Shown: positions 9,106 to 19,298, counted from the first letter of the stretch. The stretch is DNA of 64,000 nucleotides from Rhodospirillaceae bacterium (GCA_002721365.1 PBKC01000098.1:8993-72992), one strand, 5' to 3'. The notes: a model not told the origin generated them from the sequence alone. Program-made: numbers and translations.

Positions 9106-9690
9106 ATGCAGTTGCCGATCCAGATCACCTACCGCGATTTCCAGCCGGCGGCGGCGGTGGATGCGCTGATCCGCGAAAAGGCGGCCGAACTCGACCGTTA
9201 TCACCACCGAATCATGGGCTGCCGCGTGGTCGTCGAGACTCACCACCATCACCAGCGCAAAGGCCGCCTCTACCATCTACGAATCGACCTGACCGTGCCG
9301 GGGGCGGAAATCGTCGTCGGCCGCGAGCCCGGCGCCCGCCACGCCCATGAAGACATCGGCGTGGCGATCCGCGATGCGTTCGATGCGGCCCGCCGACAGC
9401 TCGAAGACCACGCCCGAAAGGCGCGCGGCGATACCAAGACTCACGCCGTTCCCAGCCATGGCCATGTCAGTCAGCTGATCGCCGAAAACGATTACGGCTT
9501 CATCGAAACGCCGGATGGCAGCGAGGTCTACTTCCACCGCAACAGCGTCGGGGGGCCGGGCTTCGATGCATTGTGGCTCGGAGCGGAGGTCCGTTTCGAC
9601 CTCGTCGAAGGGGAAGGCGAGAAGGGGCCGCAAGCGAGTGTCGTCGTTCCTTCCGGCAAGCATCACCTGCCGCCGAAGGAGACTGCCTGA
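9106..9690 (+). CDS. HPF/RaiA-family ribosome-associated protein fused to a C-terminal cold-shock (CSD) domain
   Basis: 194 aa. The N-terminal half follows the RaiA/HPF pattern ([12 protein letters not shown]...[22 protein letters not shown]...[15 protein letters not shown]...[24 protein letters not shown]). The C-terminal half is CSD-like ([30 protein letters not shown]...[17 protein letters not shown]). Confidence 0.8.
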   Translation: MQLPIQITYRDFQPAAAVDALIREKAAELDRYHHRIMGCRVVVETHHHHQRKGRLYHLRIDLTVPGAEIVVGREPGARHAHEDIGVAIRDAFDAARRQLEDHARKARGDTKTHAVPSHGHVSQLIAENDYGFIETPDGSEVYFHRNSVGGPGFDALWLGAEVRFDLVEGEGEKGPQASVVVPSGKHHLPPKETA

Positions 9691-9739
9691 GCATCGGTCG
9701 GCCGGACGATACGTCGCAGCGAACCGCAGGGAGGGCGGG

Positions 9740-11506
9740 ATGCCGTTCGAGACGATCACCAAGCACCCGGAACGTTTTCCGGTCGCGCCCAATCTCGCCG
9801 ATTACGAGGCCGCCCGTGCCGACTTCGACTGGGATGCCGCCCGCGCTGCGCTGAGCGGTCTTCCCGGCGGCCAGGGTCTCAACATCGCTTATGAAGCGGT
9901 GGACCGCCATGTCGCGGCGGGCCGCGGCGACCGCCGGGCCATCCGCCATATCGACCGCCATGGCGGCATCACCGATCTCAGCTTCTCCGATCTCGCGCGC
10001 GAGAGCGCCCGGTTCGCCAACGTCCTCGGCGGTCTCGGGATCGAGAGGGGGGAGCGGGTGTTCGCCCTTTCCGGGCGCGTCCCGGCACTCTACGCCGCCG
10101 CGCTCGGGACCTTGAAGGCCGGTGCAGTCTTCTGCCCTCTGTTCTCGGCCTTCGGGCCGGAGCCGATCGCCGCTCGTCTGGAGATCGGCTCCGGCCGTGT
10201 GCTCGTCACCTCCCGCATCCTCTACCGGCGAAAGGTCGCCGATCTGTGCGCGCGGCTGCCGGCGCTGGACTATGTGTTGCTGACCGATGGCGGCCCCGAG
10301 GACGAGGGTGACGGCGTGCTCGCTTTGCCGCGTCTGATGGCGGACGTATCCGACTCCTTCACCATCGCGCCGACCGCCCCGGAGGACATGGCGCTGCTCC
10401 ACTTCACCAGCGGCACGACGGGAAAGCCCAAGGGGGCCATCCATGTCCACCAGGCCGTGGTGATGCACGCCATGACCGGCCGGATGGCGCTCGACCTCCA
10501 TGACGGCGACGTCTTCTGGTGTACCGCCGACCCCGGGTGGGTGACCGGCACCTCCTACGGCATCATCTCGCCGCTGGTGAACGGTGTCGGCATGATCGTC
10601 GACGAGGCCGAGTTCGACGCCGATCGCTGGTACGGCATTCTCCAGGACCAGCGGGTGACCGTCTGGTACACGGCGCCGACCGCGATCCGCATGCTGATGG
10701 AGGTCGGCGCCGACGTCGCCAAAGGGTACGACCTGTCGTCGCTTCGCTTCCTGGCCAGCGTCGGCGAGCCCCTGAACCCGGAAGCGGTGGTGTGGGGCGC
10801 CGAGACCTTCGGCATTCCGTTTCACGACAACTGGTGGCAGACCGAAACCGGCGGGATCATGATCGCCAACTATGCGGCGATGCCGGTGAAGCCGGGCTCG
10901 ATGGGCCGGCCGCTGCCCGGCATTGCCGCTGGGATCGTCGAACGGACCGAGGACGGCGGCGCCAGGGAAATCGCGGAGCCGGACACCGAAGGCGAGCTCG
11001 CGCTGCGCGTCGGCTGGCCGTCGATGTTCCGCGGCTACCTGCACGAGGAAGCGCGGTACCGGAAGACCTTCGCCGGTGACTGGTACCTGACCGGTGATCT
11101 CGCGAAGCGCGACGCCGACGGCTATTTCTGGTTCGTCGGCCGGGCCGACGACGTGATCAAGGCCGCGGGCCACCTGATCGGCCCGTTCGAGGTCGAGAGC
11201 GTGCTGATGGAGCATCCGGCGGTGGCCGAGGCGGCGGTGATTGGAAAGCCCGACGATGTCGCCGGAAACGTGATCAAGGCGTTCGTCGCCCTGAAGCAGG
11301 GTTACGAACCGGGCGAGCCGCTGCTGAAAGAGCTGATGGCCCATGCCCGCAAGCGTCTCGGCCCGGCGGTGGCGCCGCGCGAGATCGCATTCCGCGCCAA
11401 CCTGCCGAAGACCCGGAGCGGCAAGATCATGCGCCGTCTGCTCAGGGCGCGGGAGCTGGGACTGCCCGAAGGCGACCTTTCGACCCTCGAAAGCGACGAA
11501 CGATGA
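9740..11506 (+). CDS. acsA: AMP-forming acetyl-CoA synthetase, AcsA type (acyl-CoA/acyl-carrier ligase family)
   Basis: 588 aa from ATG 9740; the track ORF extends upstream to 9515 through Arg-rich sequence. AMP-binding motifs are [47 protein letters not shown] and [11 protein letters not shown]. The C-terminal [10 protein letters not shown] tail resembles Bacillus-type AcsA. Confidence 0.88.
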   Translation: MPFETITKHPERFPVAPNLADYEAARADFDWDAARAALSGLPGGQGLNIAYEAVDRHVAAGRGDRRAIRHIDRHGGITDLSFSDLARESARFANVLGGLGIERGERVFALSGRVPALYAAALGTLKAGAVFCPLFSAFGPEPIAARLEIGSGRVLVTSRILYRRKVADLCARLPALDYVLLTDGGPEDEGDGVLALPRLMADVSDSFTIAPTAPEDMALLHFTSGTTGKPKGAIHVHQAVVMHAMTGRMALDLHDGDVFWCTADPGWVTGTSYGIISPLVNGVGMIVDEAEFDADRWYGILQDQRVTVWYTAPTAIRMLMEVGADVAKGYDLSSLRFLASVGEPLNPEAVVWGAETFGIPFHDNWWQTETGGIMIANYAAMPVKPGSMGRPLPGIAAGIVERTEDGGAREIAEPDTEGELALRVGWPSMFRGYLHEEARYRKTFAGDWYLTGDLAKRDADGYFWFVGRADDVIKAAGHLIGPFEVESVLMEHPAVAEAAVIGKPDDVAGNVIKAFVALKQGYEPGEPLLKELMAHARKRLGPAVAPREIAFRANLPKTRSGKIMRRLLRARELGLPEGDLSTLESDER

Positions 11507-12498
11507 CCGGGACCGACGAGAAGGTTCATCTGACCAGGGAGCACTGCCTCGATCTGCTCCGGCAGATGGTCCGCATCCGGCGTTTCGAGGAGAAATGCGC
11601 CGAGCTCTACAGCGGGCAGAAGATCCGCGGCTTCCTGCACCTCTATATCGGTGAGGAGGCGGTGGCCGCGGGGACCATGCAGGCGTTGAAGCCGGATGAT
11701 GCCGTCGTCGCGACCTATCGCGAGCACGGCCACGCGTTGGCCCGTGGCCTCGCCATGGGGCCGGTCATGGCGGAGATGTACGGAAAGGTGAACGGCGCCA
11801 GCCGCGGCCGTGGCGGGTCGATGCACATCTTCGATCGCGGCAAGCGCTTTCTCGGCGGCAATGCGATCGTCGGCGGCGGCCTGCCGCTGGCGGTGGGCCT
11901 GGCCCTCGCAGACAAGATGCAGGGCAGGGACCGGGTTACCGCCTGCTTCTTCGGCGAAGGTGCGGTCGCGGAAGGCGAGTTCCACGAATCGCTCAATCTC
12001 GCCGCGCTGTGGAAGCTGCCGGTGCTGTTCCTCTGCGAGAACAATCTCTACGCCATGGGCACCGCGCTCGACCGCTCGGAATCCCAGACCGACATCCACC
12101 TCAAGGCGGCGTCCTACAACCTGCCGTCGCGGCAGGTCGACGGCATGGACGTGGTGGCGGTCGAGGGGGCGGCACGCGAGGCTGCGGCCAGCGTGCGTCG
12201 GGGCGCCGGGCCGTTCTTCCTGGAATTCCGCACTTACCGCTTCCGCGCCCATTCGATGTTCGACGCCCAGCTCTACCGCGAAAAGGAAGAGGTCGAGCAG
12301 TGGAAGGAGAACGACCCGATCCCGCGCTTCGCCGATTGGGCCCAACAGGCCGACCTGCTGCACCCGGCCGATAAGGAGGCGATCGAGGCGTCCGTTCAGG
12401 CAGAGCTGGCCGAGGCGGTCGCTTTCGCCGAGGCCGGCGCCTGGGAGCCGGTCGAGGATCTGCAGAAATTCGTGACGATGGACGAGGTGCCGGCATGA
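11503..12498 (+). CDS. 2-oxoacid (pyruvate/acetoin-type) dehydrogenase E1 component, alpha subunit
   Basis: 331 aa. TPP-binding region [19 protein letters not shown]...[41 protein letters not shown], and [12 protein letters not shown] overlap with acsA. Confidence 0.92.
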   Translation: MTGTDEKVHLTREHCLDLLRQMVRIRRFEEKCAELYSGQKIRGFLHLYIGEEAVAAGTMQALKPDDAVVATYREHGHALARGLAMGPVMAEMYGKVNGASRGRGGSMHIFDRGKRFLGGNAIVGGGLPLAVGLALADKMQGRDRVTACFFGEGAVAEGEFHESLNLAALWKLPVLFLCENNLYAMGTALDRSESQTDIHLKAASYNLPSRQVDGMDVVAVEGAAREAAASVRRGAGPFFLEFRTYRFRAHSMFDAQLYREKEEVEQWKENDPIPRFADWAQQADLLHPADKEAIEASVQAELAEAVAFAEAGAWEPVEDLQKFVTMDEVPA

Positions 12499-13502
12499 AT
12501 GGCGACGGCACCGCCGCGCCCCGCCTTCGCCTCACCTATCGCGACGCGGTGCGCGAGGCGATCCGCGATGCGCTGACCCGCGATGAGCGCGTGTTCCTGA
12601 TGGGTGAGGACGTCGGGCGCTACGGCGGCTGTTACGCGGTGAGCAAGGGCCTGTTGGCTGAATTCGGCGAGGACCGGATCCGTGACACGCCGCTGTCCGA
12701 ATCGGCCTTCGTTGGCGCCGGCATCGGTGCGGCACTGAATGGCATGCGTCCGATCGTCGAGGTCATGACGGTCAATTTCTCGCTGCTCGCCCTCGACCAG
12801 ATCGTCAACAACGCCGCCACCATTCCGCACATGTCGGGTGGGCAGTTCGCAGTGCCGCTGGTCATCCGCATGGCGACGGGATCGGGGCGCCAGCTCGCCG
12901 CCCAGCACAGCCACAGCCTGGAAGGCTGGTACGCGCATATTCCCGGCCTCAAGATCCTGGCGCCCGCGACGCTCGAGGATGCCCGCGGCATGCTGTGGAC
13001 GGCGATCGAGGATCCCAACCCGGTGCTGATCTTCGAGAACGTCCAGCTTTACGACATGGAGGGCGAGCTGCCCGCCGATGCGGGACCCGTCGACATCACC
13101 CGCGCCGCGATACGCCGGGAGGGCAAGCATGCCAGTGTCGTCACCTTCGGCGGCTCGGTCCCCAAGGCGGTGGCGGCGGCTGAGACCCTGGCCGGAGAGG
13201 GCGTCGACGTCGAGGTGGTCGATCTCCGCTCCCTCCGCCCGCTCGACGACGCGACGATCATGGCATCGGTCGCCAAGACCCATCGCGTGCTGGTCGTGGA
13301 CGAGGGCTGGCGGAGCGGCGGTCTCTCGGCGGAGGTCAGTGCCCGGATCAACGAGCAGGTGTTCTACGAACTCGACGCACCGGTCGCCCGGCTGGCGGGT
13401 GTCGAGGTCCCGATCCCCTATCCCAAGCATCTGGAAGATGCGTCGGTGCCCCAGGCCGACACCATCGCCGCCGCGCTGCGGGAGATGGTCGGCCGGCGAT
13501 GA
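12495..13502 (+). CDS. 2-oxoacid dehydrogenase E1 component, beta subunit
   Basis: 335 aa. Typical transketolase-like pyrimidine-binding and C-terminal domains ([42 protein letters not shown]). ATGA overlap with E1alpha. Confidence 0.92.
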   Translation: MNGDGTAAPRLRLTYRDAVREAIRDALTRDERVFLMGEDVGRYGGCYAVSKGLLAEFGEDRIRDTPLSESAFVGAGIGAALNGMRPIVEVMTVNFSLLALDQIVNNAATIPHMSGGQFAVPLVIRMATGSGRQLAAQHSHSLEGWYAHIPGLKILAPATLEDARGMLWTAIEDPNPVLIFENVQLYDMEGELPADAGPVDITRAAIRREGKHASVVTFGGSVPKAVAAAETLAGEGVDVEVVDLRSLRPLDDATIMASVAKTHRVLVVDEGWRSGGLSAEVSARINEQVFYELDAPVARLAGVEVPIPYPKHLEDASVPQADTIAAALREMVGRR

Positions 13503-14710
13503 GCGCGTTCGTCATGCCCTCTCTCGGCGCGGACATGGAGGCGGGGACGGTTGTCGAGTGGCTGCGGAAGGTCGGCGACACCGTTCACCACGGCGACGTG
13601 ATCGCGGTGGTCGAGACGCATAAGGGCGCGATCGAGGTCGAGGTGTTCGAGGATGGGGTGGTCGAGGAAATTCTGGTTCCGCCGGGCGAGGAGGTTCCGG
13701 TCGGTACCGCCTTGGCGATGATCGGCGACGGCAGCGGCGCCTCGGCTGCCGCCGCGCCGAAAGCCCCCTTACCTGCTGCGGCGCCTCCGATGGCGGGCGA
13801 AGTCCGAAGGCCAGACGTGCTGAAGGTCAAGCCGAAGGCTCCGGTGGCCGCCGAGGAGGGCCGCCGGCGCGTTTCGCCCTATGCGCGGCGGCGCGCCGAA
13901 GCGCTCGGCGTCGACCTTGCGGACGTGAAAGGGACGGGGCCCGGCGGTGTCGTCCAGGCGGTGGACGTCGAGCAGGCGGCGGGCCGAGCCCGTGCGTCGG
14001 GACGGGAAGCACCGGCCGCACCTCCGGGCCGTCGCCGCGGCTTCGACCCTGAAGCCATGCGCCAGGGGATCGCCGCGGCGATGGCGAAGTCGCACCGTGA
14101 GATTCCCCATTACTATCTCGACACCACCATCGACATGCAGGCGGCGATGCACTGGCTGGAGGCCGCCAATGCCGAGCGCCCCGTGGCCCAGCGCCTGCTC
14201 TATGCCACCCTGCTGATCAAGGCGACGGCGCTCGCTCTCCGCAAGGTGCCGGAGTTGAACGGCTTCTGGATCGACGGCGGGGCGCGGCCGGCGGAGCGGG
14301 TCCATATCGGCTGGGCGATCGCCCTCCGTGGCGGTGGGCTGATGGCACCGGCGATCCACGATGCCGACACGATGAGCCTCGATGCGCTGATGGCGGCGAT
14401 GCGCGATCTTGTGGCGCGCGCCCGGTCCGGCGGCATTCGCGGCTCGGAGATGACCGATCCGACGATCACCATCACCAACCTGGGAGAGCGCGGCGCCGAG
14501 GCGGTCCATGGCCTTATCTACCCGCCGCAGCTCGCCCTGGTCGGTTTCGGCCGCTTGGCTCAGGCGCCTCTCGCGATCGATGGCGCTGTCTCCGTCCGCC
14601 CTGTCGTCCGAGCGTCTCTCGCGGGTGATCATCGCGGCAGCGACGGCCATAGCGGCGGGCTGCTGCTGGCGGCGATCGACGCGTTGCTCCAGAAACCGGA
14701 GGGCCTATGA
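13499..14710 (+). CDS. dihydrolipoamide acyltransferase (E2) with lipoyl, subunit-binding and catalytic domains
   Basis: 403 aa. Lipoyl domain ([17 protein letters not shown]...[15 protein letters not shown]), an Ala/Pro linker, a PSBD-like segment ([28 protein letters not shown]) and a catalytic domain ending in [14 protein letters not shown] (DHR.xDG active-site motif). ATGA overlap with E1beta. Confidence 0.9.
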   Translation: MSAFVMPSLGADMEAGTVVEWLRKVGDTVHHGDVIAVVETHKGAIEVEVFEDGVVEEILVPPGEEVPVGTALAMIGDGSGASAAAAPKAPLPAAAPPMAGEVRRPDVLKVKPKAPVAAEEGRRRVSPYARRRAEALGVDLADVKGTGPGGVVQAVDVEQAAGRARASGREAPAAPPGRRRGFDPEAMRQGIAAAMAKSHREIPHYYLDTTIDMQAAMHWLEAANAERPVAQRLLYATLLIKATALALRKVPELNGFWIDGGARPAERVHIGWAIALRGGGLMAPAIHDADTMSLDALMAAMRDLVARARSGGIRGSEMTDPTITITNLGERGAEAVHGLIYPPQLALVGFGRLAQAPLAIDGAVSVRPVVRASLAGDHRGSDGHSGGLLLAAIDALLQKPEGL

Positions 14711-14955
14711 CCGAGCAGGAAATTCGCGACGCCGTACTGGAAAGCCTGTCCGGCGTCGCGCCGGAACTGGATCTGAGCGAGGTCGAGGACGACACCGACC
14801 TCCGCAACGATCTCGATCTCGATTCGATGGACTTCCTCAACTTCGTCATTGCCGTCAGCGAGCGGTTGGGTGTCGACGTTCCCGAGGCCGACTACGGCAG
14901 GATGGACACGCTGGCGAAGTGCGTCGAATACCTGCGCGCGGCGCAGGCGAAATAG
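14707..14955 (+). CDS. acyl carrier protein (phosphopantetheine-binding)
   Basis: 82 aa. DLRNDLDLDSMDFLNFVIAVSERLGVDVPEADY matches the ACP helix II region, with the DSM/DSL serine attachment site. ATGA overlap with E2. Confidence 0.8.
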   Translation: MTEQEIRDAVLESLSGVAPELDLSEVEDDTDLRNDLDLDSMDFLNFVIAVSERLGVDVPEADYGRMDTLAKCVEYLRAAQAK

Positions 14956-15087
14956 GCGCAAGGGCCGTCCAGGCCGATCGACCTACCTGAAAGGGTAATT
15001 GCCGCGGCGGCGGCCGTCTTCGAAACTCCTTCCCCATGCGAAAGGGTGAGCCGCCTTTTGGCGAGCGGCCGATAGGGGGAGGGGACG

Positions 15088-16170
15088 ATGGTCGAAGTCT
15101 ATTTTGCGACGAACCGGCGGCCCAATCGCCAGAACGGACCAACGGATTTCACCTCCGAATTCACGCCGGATATCAACTCCTTCCGGGTCGGGACCGGGAC
15201 CGTCGAGGGGAACAATCTCTTCGAGCAGGACGTGGATGTCCTAGCGGAGCGGGCGACGATCTCTGTCGAGCCGGAGCGCATGAATGCCGAGGATGCGCGG
15301 GCATCCCGTGTGGGAAGCGACGTCGTCTTCTCCCGAATACGCGAGCGTATGAAGGCGGGTGCGGACGCGATCCTGGCGATCCATGGCTACAACTACACCT
15401 TTCGGCAGGCGGTGGCGCGCGCGGCCCAGCTCGGCCAGTGGCTGGCACCCGAGGCATCCGACATGCGGGGGGAGCGGCCGGAGCCGCCGGTCATGCTCCT
15501 GTTCTCATGGCCGTCGCGCGGGGAAGGTGTGACCCCGAGACTCTATGACGATGAGCGGGCTCGCGCCCGGGCGTCTGGGGAGGCGCTGGGGCGGGCCATC
15601 TTGAAGGCGACGGACTTCCTCCGTGCGATCAAGCGGGAAGACCGCTGCGACGGGTCCATTCACCTGCTGGCGCACAGCATGGGCAATTGGGCGCTGCGCG
15701 GGGCGGTCCAGTACATGAAGACCTTCGTCGGCGAGAACATCCCGCCCTTGTTCGACGAGGTGATTCTGATCGCCGCCGACGAGGACGACGATACCCTGGG
15801 GCAAGGCTATAAGCTGGCGCCCCTTCTTCGGGGAAGCCGCCGGGTTACCGTCTACTACAACCATCAGGACTGGGCGCTGAAGGCCAGCGACTGGGCCATG
15901 GGCAATCCAGATCGTCTGGGACGGTCGGGGCCGAAAGGTGCCGCTGGGGTGCCGGTAAAGGTGGAGCCGGTGAACGTCTCCCGGAAAATCCTGTGGGATG
16001 CCCCGGCGGGCGAGAAGTGGCAGGAAGACGACACCGGTCACCAGTACTACCGAAACAATCCGCGTGTGCGGCTGGACCTTCTGGACGTTCTGGACGGCGT
16101 GGATGCCCGGTTGATCGCGGGGCGACAGCCGGCGGAGGACGGGGGCGGGTTCGTCCTCGTGGACCGGTAG
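15088..16170 (+). CDS. alpha/beta hydrolase, DUF900-like (PF05990-type), no signal peptide
   Basis: 360 aa. N-terminal VYFATNRRP, then LLFSWPSRG, the nucleophile elbow HLLAHSMGNW and later IAADEDDD. The pattern fits the uncharacterised DUF900 esterase-like family as I recall it. Confidence 0.72.
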   Translation: MVEVYFATNRRPNRQNGPTDFTSEFTPDINSFRVGTGTVEGNNLFEQDVDVLAERATISVEPERMNAEDARASRVGSDVVFSRIRERMKAGADAILAIHGYNYTFRQAVARAAQLGQWLAPEASDMRGERPEPPVMLLFSWPSRGEGVTPRLYDDERARARASGEALGRAILKATDFLRAIKREDRCDGSIHLLAHSMGNWALRGAVQYMKTFVGENIPPLFDEVILIAADEDDDTLGQGYKLAPLLRGSRRVTVYYNHQDWALKASDWAMGNPDRLGRSGPKGAAGVPVKVEPVNVSRKILWDAPAGEKWQEDDTGHQYYRNNPRVRLDLLDVLDGVDARLIAGRQPAEDGGGFVLVDR

Positions 16171-16220
16171 GGTTCTCGAAAGTCCGATTTTTCAGCAAGC
16201 GGAACACTGAGGGGGGCGTC

Positions 16221-17057
16221 ATGGTTTCGGTCTTGAAGAGAATGGGCGTGGCGATTGCCATGCCTGTTCTTCTGCTTGGTTGCACCGATCTGGGGGCGGT
16301 CCGGGAGTGGTCGTCCACGTCGCTGGAAGCGACCCAGTACAACGAACTGGTCGCGACCTATGCCGAGACACCGGCCCGGCTCGCGCGCTATGACGCTCCC
16401 GCGGCGGCGAGTGCCTGGACGGAGCAGGCGGCGCTTCGCGCCGAACAGGCCGAGGCGCTCAAGACACAGCTCGACGTGGTCGCCGACTATATGGGGGTGC
16501 TGGCGACCCTCTCCTCGGACGCGACGGTCGACTATTCCCGGGATACCGATGCGCTCGTCGCTTCGCTGAGGAACCTCGACACGCCGATCTCTGCGACCAC
16601 CTTGGGGGCGGTCGGCGGCCTGATGAAGACCATGGTGAATGCGGCGGCCGGGGCTTGGCGTGCCGGTGCCGTGGAACGGTTGGTCGAGCAGGCCAATGCC
16701 CCGTTGCAGACGATCCTGGCGAGTGAGCTCCGCGCGATCGTTGCGGAGGACTTCCGGCGCGATCTGGAGATCGAGGCTCAGCTTCTCGACAGCTATTTCA
16801 AGGGGCTGCTGCGTGCCGGCGGCGGTTCCGCGACGGCGAATGCCGCTCTTCAGGAATGGTACGAAATCCGCAAGGCGGAGAATCGGAAGCGGCAGACGGC
16901 CGTGGACACCTATGTGAGCGTGCTCGACAAGATTTCCGCTGGCCATCAGCAGCTCTACGATGCCCGCGGCGAACTGGATTCGGTCGGCCTCGCCAAGAAG
17001 CTGTTCCGGCTCGCCAAGGATATCCGCCGGGATATCCGAACCCTGATTGCGGCCTGA
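16221..17057 (+). CDS. predicted lipoprotein, all-helical, unknown function
   Basis: ATG 16221 gives MVSVLKRMGVAIAMPVLLLGCTD, a signal peptide with an LLLGC lipobox. The track ORF start at 15993 overlaps the hydrolase gene. The rest is Ala/Leu/Glu-rich and looks helical. Confidence 0.6.
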   Translation: MVSVLKRMGVAIAMPVLLLGCTDLGAVREWSSTSLEATQYNELVATYAETPARLARYDAPAAASAWTEQAALRAEQAEALKTQLDVVADYMGVLATLSSDATVDYSRDTDALVASLRNLDTPISATTLGAVGGLMKTMVNAAAGAWRAGAVERLVEQANAPLQTILASELRAIVAEDFRRDLEIEAQLLDSYFKGLLRAGGGSATANAALQEWYEIRKAENRKRQTAVDTYVSVLDKISAGHQQLYDARGELDSVGLAKKLFRLAKDIRRDIRTLIAA

Positions 17058-17073
17058 GGGGAGGATTGCAGCC

Positions 17074-17472
17074 ATGCCATTGTCAGCAGACGACGCTCGG
17101 GCCATCGCCGACGACCTGCTCGCCGCGGCGAAGTCGATCGATGCATATCTCGATGCCAATTGGGGCAGCATGACCCGCGCCGAGTACGAGGCGCTGAACG
17201 AGTCCCAGAAGACGCTTCTTCGCCTGGCGTCTTTCGCGACGACCGAGGCGGTGGGGTTGGCGCTTGACGAGCTTCAGAATCCGACTGCGGCTCTGCGATC
17301 GGTGATAAACGCGGGCCGCGAGAAGATCGAGACCCTGCAAACCATCGGTCAGGTCATCCAGGTTGCGGCCGGGCTCGCCGATCTCGCCGCTGGCATCATG
17401 GCCCGCAATCCCGGGGCGGTGTTCAAGTCCGCGCGCAATCTCGCCGATACCGTGGAGATCGACATTTTGTAG
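17074..17472 (+). CDS. hypothetical small helical protein
   Basis: 132 aa from ATG 17074, preceded by GAGGGGAGGA. It starts 16 nt after the lipoprotein stop. I recognised no family. Confidence 0.5.
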   Translation: MPLSADDARAIADDLLAAAKSIDAYLDANWGSMTRAEYEALNESQKTLLRLASFATTEAVGLALDELQNPTAALRSVINAGREKIETLQTIGQVIQVAAGLADLAAGIMARNPGAVFKSARNLADTVEIDIL

Positions 17473-17614
17473 GCTCTCCGGCGCGGGCCGGTGCCTGGAC
17501 CGGCTCGCGGAACGGATCAGCCGGTTTGGTCTCTGGTTGAGGGACCAGCCTTCCTCGCGCTATCAAGTGCGGGTGTGACCGGCGACGTCTCGCCGTCCGG
17601 AGGAAAGGCTGACG

Positions 17615-18043
17615 ATGGCGAGCGTTGACGAAGAGGTGTCCTTGTTCGACAGGATCGGCGGTGCGCCGACCATCGATCGCCTCGTCGATGCGTTCTACGC
17701 GCGAATGGACAGCCTGCCCGAAGCGAAAGGAATTCGTGCGCTGCATGCGCCCGATCTCGGGCCGACGCGGCAGGTCCTCAAGCGCTATCTCGGCGAATGG
17801 ACGGGCGGGCCGAAGCTCTATTCGGCGGAGAAAGGGCATCCGCGCCTTCGGCAGCGTCATCTGCACATCCCTATCGGTGAGGCGGAGCGCGATGCGTGGC
17901 TTCTCTGCATGCGCGGTGCGCTCGATGAAACGATCGCCGACTCGCAGGCGCGCGAGACCCTTTATGACGCTTTTGCCGGTCTTGCCGACTGGATGCGCAA
18001 TCTTCCCGGCAACGCCCACGACGCGCGCCGCCACGGGCGGTAG
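17615..18043 (+). CDS. group II truncated haemoglobin (GlbO-like)
   Basis: 142 aa. FDRIGGAPTIDRLVDAFYARM, YLGEWTGGPKLY and HPRLRQRHLHIPIGEAERDAWLLCM match the trHbO pattern. Confidence 0.85.
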   Translation: MASVDEEVSLFDRIGGAPTIDRLVDAFYARMDSLPEAKGIRALHAPDLGPTRQVLKRYLGEWTGGPKLYSAEKGHPRLRQRHLHIPIGEAERDAWLLCMRGALDETIADSQARETLYDAFAGLADWMRNLPGNAHDARRHGR

Positions 18044-18240
18044 CTGGACGGCGGCGTCGATTGCCGCCGGTACCGATTCACCCTGGACTGGGCCGCCGCG
18101 ATAGGCGAGTTTGGCGCGGCTGTGATTGCGCGCGCCGCAATCCGTGAGAAGCCCGCACAAGCTTCGGCTTTGCGGGCTTTGGTGCATCTCGACTGAGCGC
18201 GCTTTCCGCGAGGCAGGGAAGCGATGCGGACGGGTAACGG

Positions 18241-19221
18241 ATGACTGTCGACGAATCACCGGCAAGCATCATCAATATCGACCTGACCGCCGTCGTCGTG
18301 ATGGTGGCGGACGGGGAGCCCTACGTCCTTGTCCTTCGCGATTCCGGCGGCGGCTTCGACGCCTTGCCGTTCGGACCTCTGCAGAAGGACCACGGAACGC
18401 TTCAGGCCGGAATGCGGAGCTGGGTGGAGCGGCGGACCCAGCATCGTCTCGGCTATATCGAGCAGCTTTACACTTTCGGCGACAGGCCCCCTTGGCCCAA
18501 AGGGCTCGATGCCGGTACCGGCGGCCGGACGCTGTCGCTTGCCTATCTCGCACTCGTCCAGGAAGCGCATCCGTCCTTCGTTGGCCATGCCGCCTGGCGC
18601 TCCTGGTACGATTACTTTCCCCTGGAAGACTGGCGCGAAGGCACGCCGGCGGTCCGCGAACCGTTGCTGGCGCATCTCGAAGGTTGGAGCGCCGCCGCCG
18701 GGCCGCGCGGCCGGACGGCGCGGGCCGAGAGGATCGGCCTGACGTTCGGCCTGTCGGAGCGGGCGTGGGACGACGAACGGGCGCTCGAGCGCTACGAGCT
18801 GCTCTACGAGGCGAAGCTCGTGCCCGAAGCACGGTCGGATGCGGGGGAGGCGACCGCCGCCGATATCGAGGCCCTCGCCGGGCGGCCGATGATCCAGGAC
18901 CATCGGCGCATCGTGGCGACCGCCATCAGCCGTTTGCGCGGCAAGATCAAGTACCGGCCGGTGCTGTTCGAGCTTCTGCCCGAGAAGTTCACGCTGCTGC
19001 AACTGCAGCGCACCGCAGAGGCGCTGTCCGGTATGCGCCTTCACAAGCAGAATTTCCGCCGTCTCGTCGAGCAGCAGCGGCTGGTCGAGGAAACGGGCGA
19101 GATGGCGACCGACACCGGCGGCCGTCCGGCGAAGCTGATGCGTTTCCGCCGCGAAGTGACGCTGGAGCGTCCCGCGCCCGGCGTTCGGGTTACGGCGACC
19201 CGCCGCGCAGGATACCCTTGA
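18241..19221 (+). CDS. nadQ: Nudix-like transcriptional regulator of NAD synthesis (NadQ/NrtR type)
   Basis: 326 aa. The N-terminal Nudix-fold-like domain has no intact Nudix box. The C-terminal winged-helix segment is FTLLQLQRTAEALSGMRLHKQNFRRLVEQQRLVEETGE...GGRPAKLMRF. The gene sits immediately upstream of nadABC, with palindromes in the leader. Confidence 0.78.
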   Translation: MTVDESPASIINIDLTAVVVMVADGEPYVLVLRDSGGGFDALPFGPLQKDHGTLQAGMRSWVERRTQHRLGYIEQLYTFGDRPPWPKGLDAGTGGRTLSLAYLALVQEAHPSFVGHAAWRSWYDYFPLEDWREGTPAVREPLLAHLEGWSAAAGPRGRTARAERIGLTFGLSERAWDDERALERYELLYEAKLVPEARSDAGEATAADIEALAGRPMIQDHRRIVATAISRLRGKIKYRPVLFELLPEKFTLLQLQRTAEALSGMRLHKQNFRRLVEQQRLVEETGEMATDTGGRPAKLMRFRREVTLERPAPGVRVTATRRAGYP

Positions 19222-19241
19222 TTCCCGCACGACCCTTCATA

Positions 19242-19258
19242 TACTCAATCTGAGCATA
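19242..19258 (+). promoter_or_regulatory. putative NadQ operator 1 (ATACTCA-ATC-TGAGCAT)
   Basis: 7-3-7 inverted repeat with one mismatch. It shares the extended sequence CTCA-N3-TGAGCATAAGG with site 2. Confidence 0.55.
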
Positions 19259-19298
19259 AGGGGTTCGGCAGTCGGGCCTCTCTTTTTTGACCGTGAAA

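Noticed and set aside
9500-11344. 614-aa minus-strand ORF opposite acsA. Similar antisense or alternate-frame ORFs occur at 11302..12363, 12396..13430, 13769..14650, 16047..17171, 19237..20523, 20231..21451, 27385..28503, 28942..30171, 32873..35035, 40352..41845, 42528..43844, 50917..52068 and 52063..52959.
   Set aside because: All overlap + or - strand genes that carry strong conserved motifs. Their own translations are Arg/Pro/Gly/Asp-rich without motifs. In GC-rich DNA, long open frames on the non-coding strand are expected.
18126-19253. 375-aa + strand ORF overlapping the NadQ-like gene in another frame.
   Set aside because: It is extremely Arg/Ala/Pro-rich with no domain. The alternative frame (18241..19221) gives a Nudix-like domain plus a winged-helix motif, and sits in the expected context upstream of nadABC.
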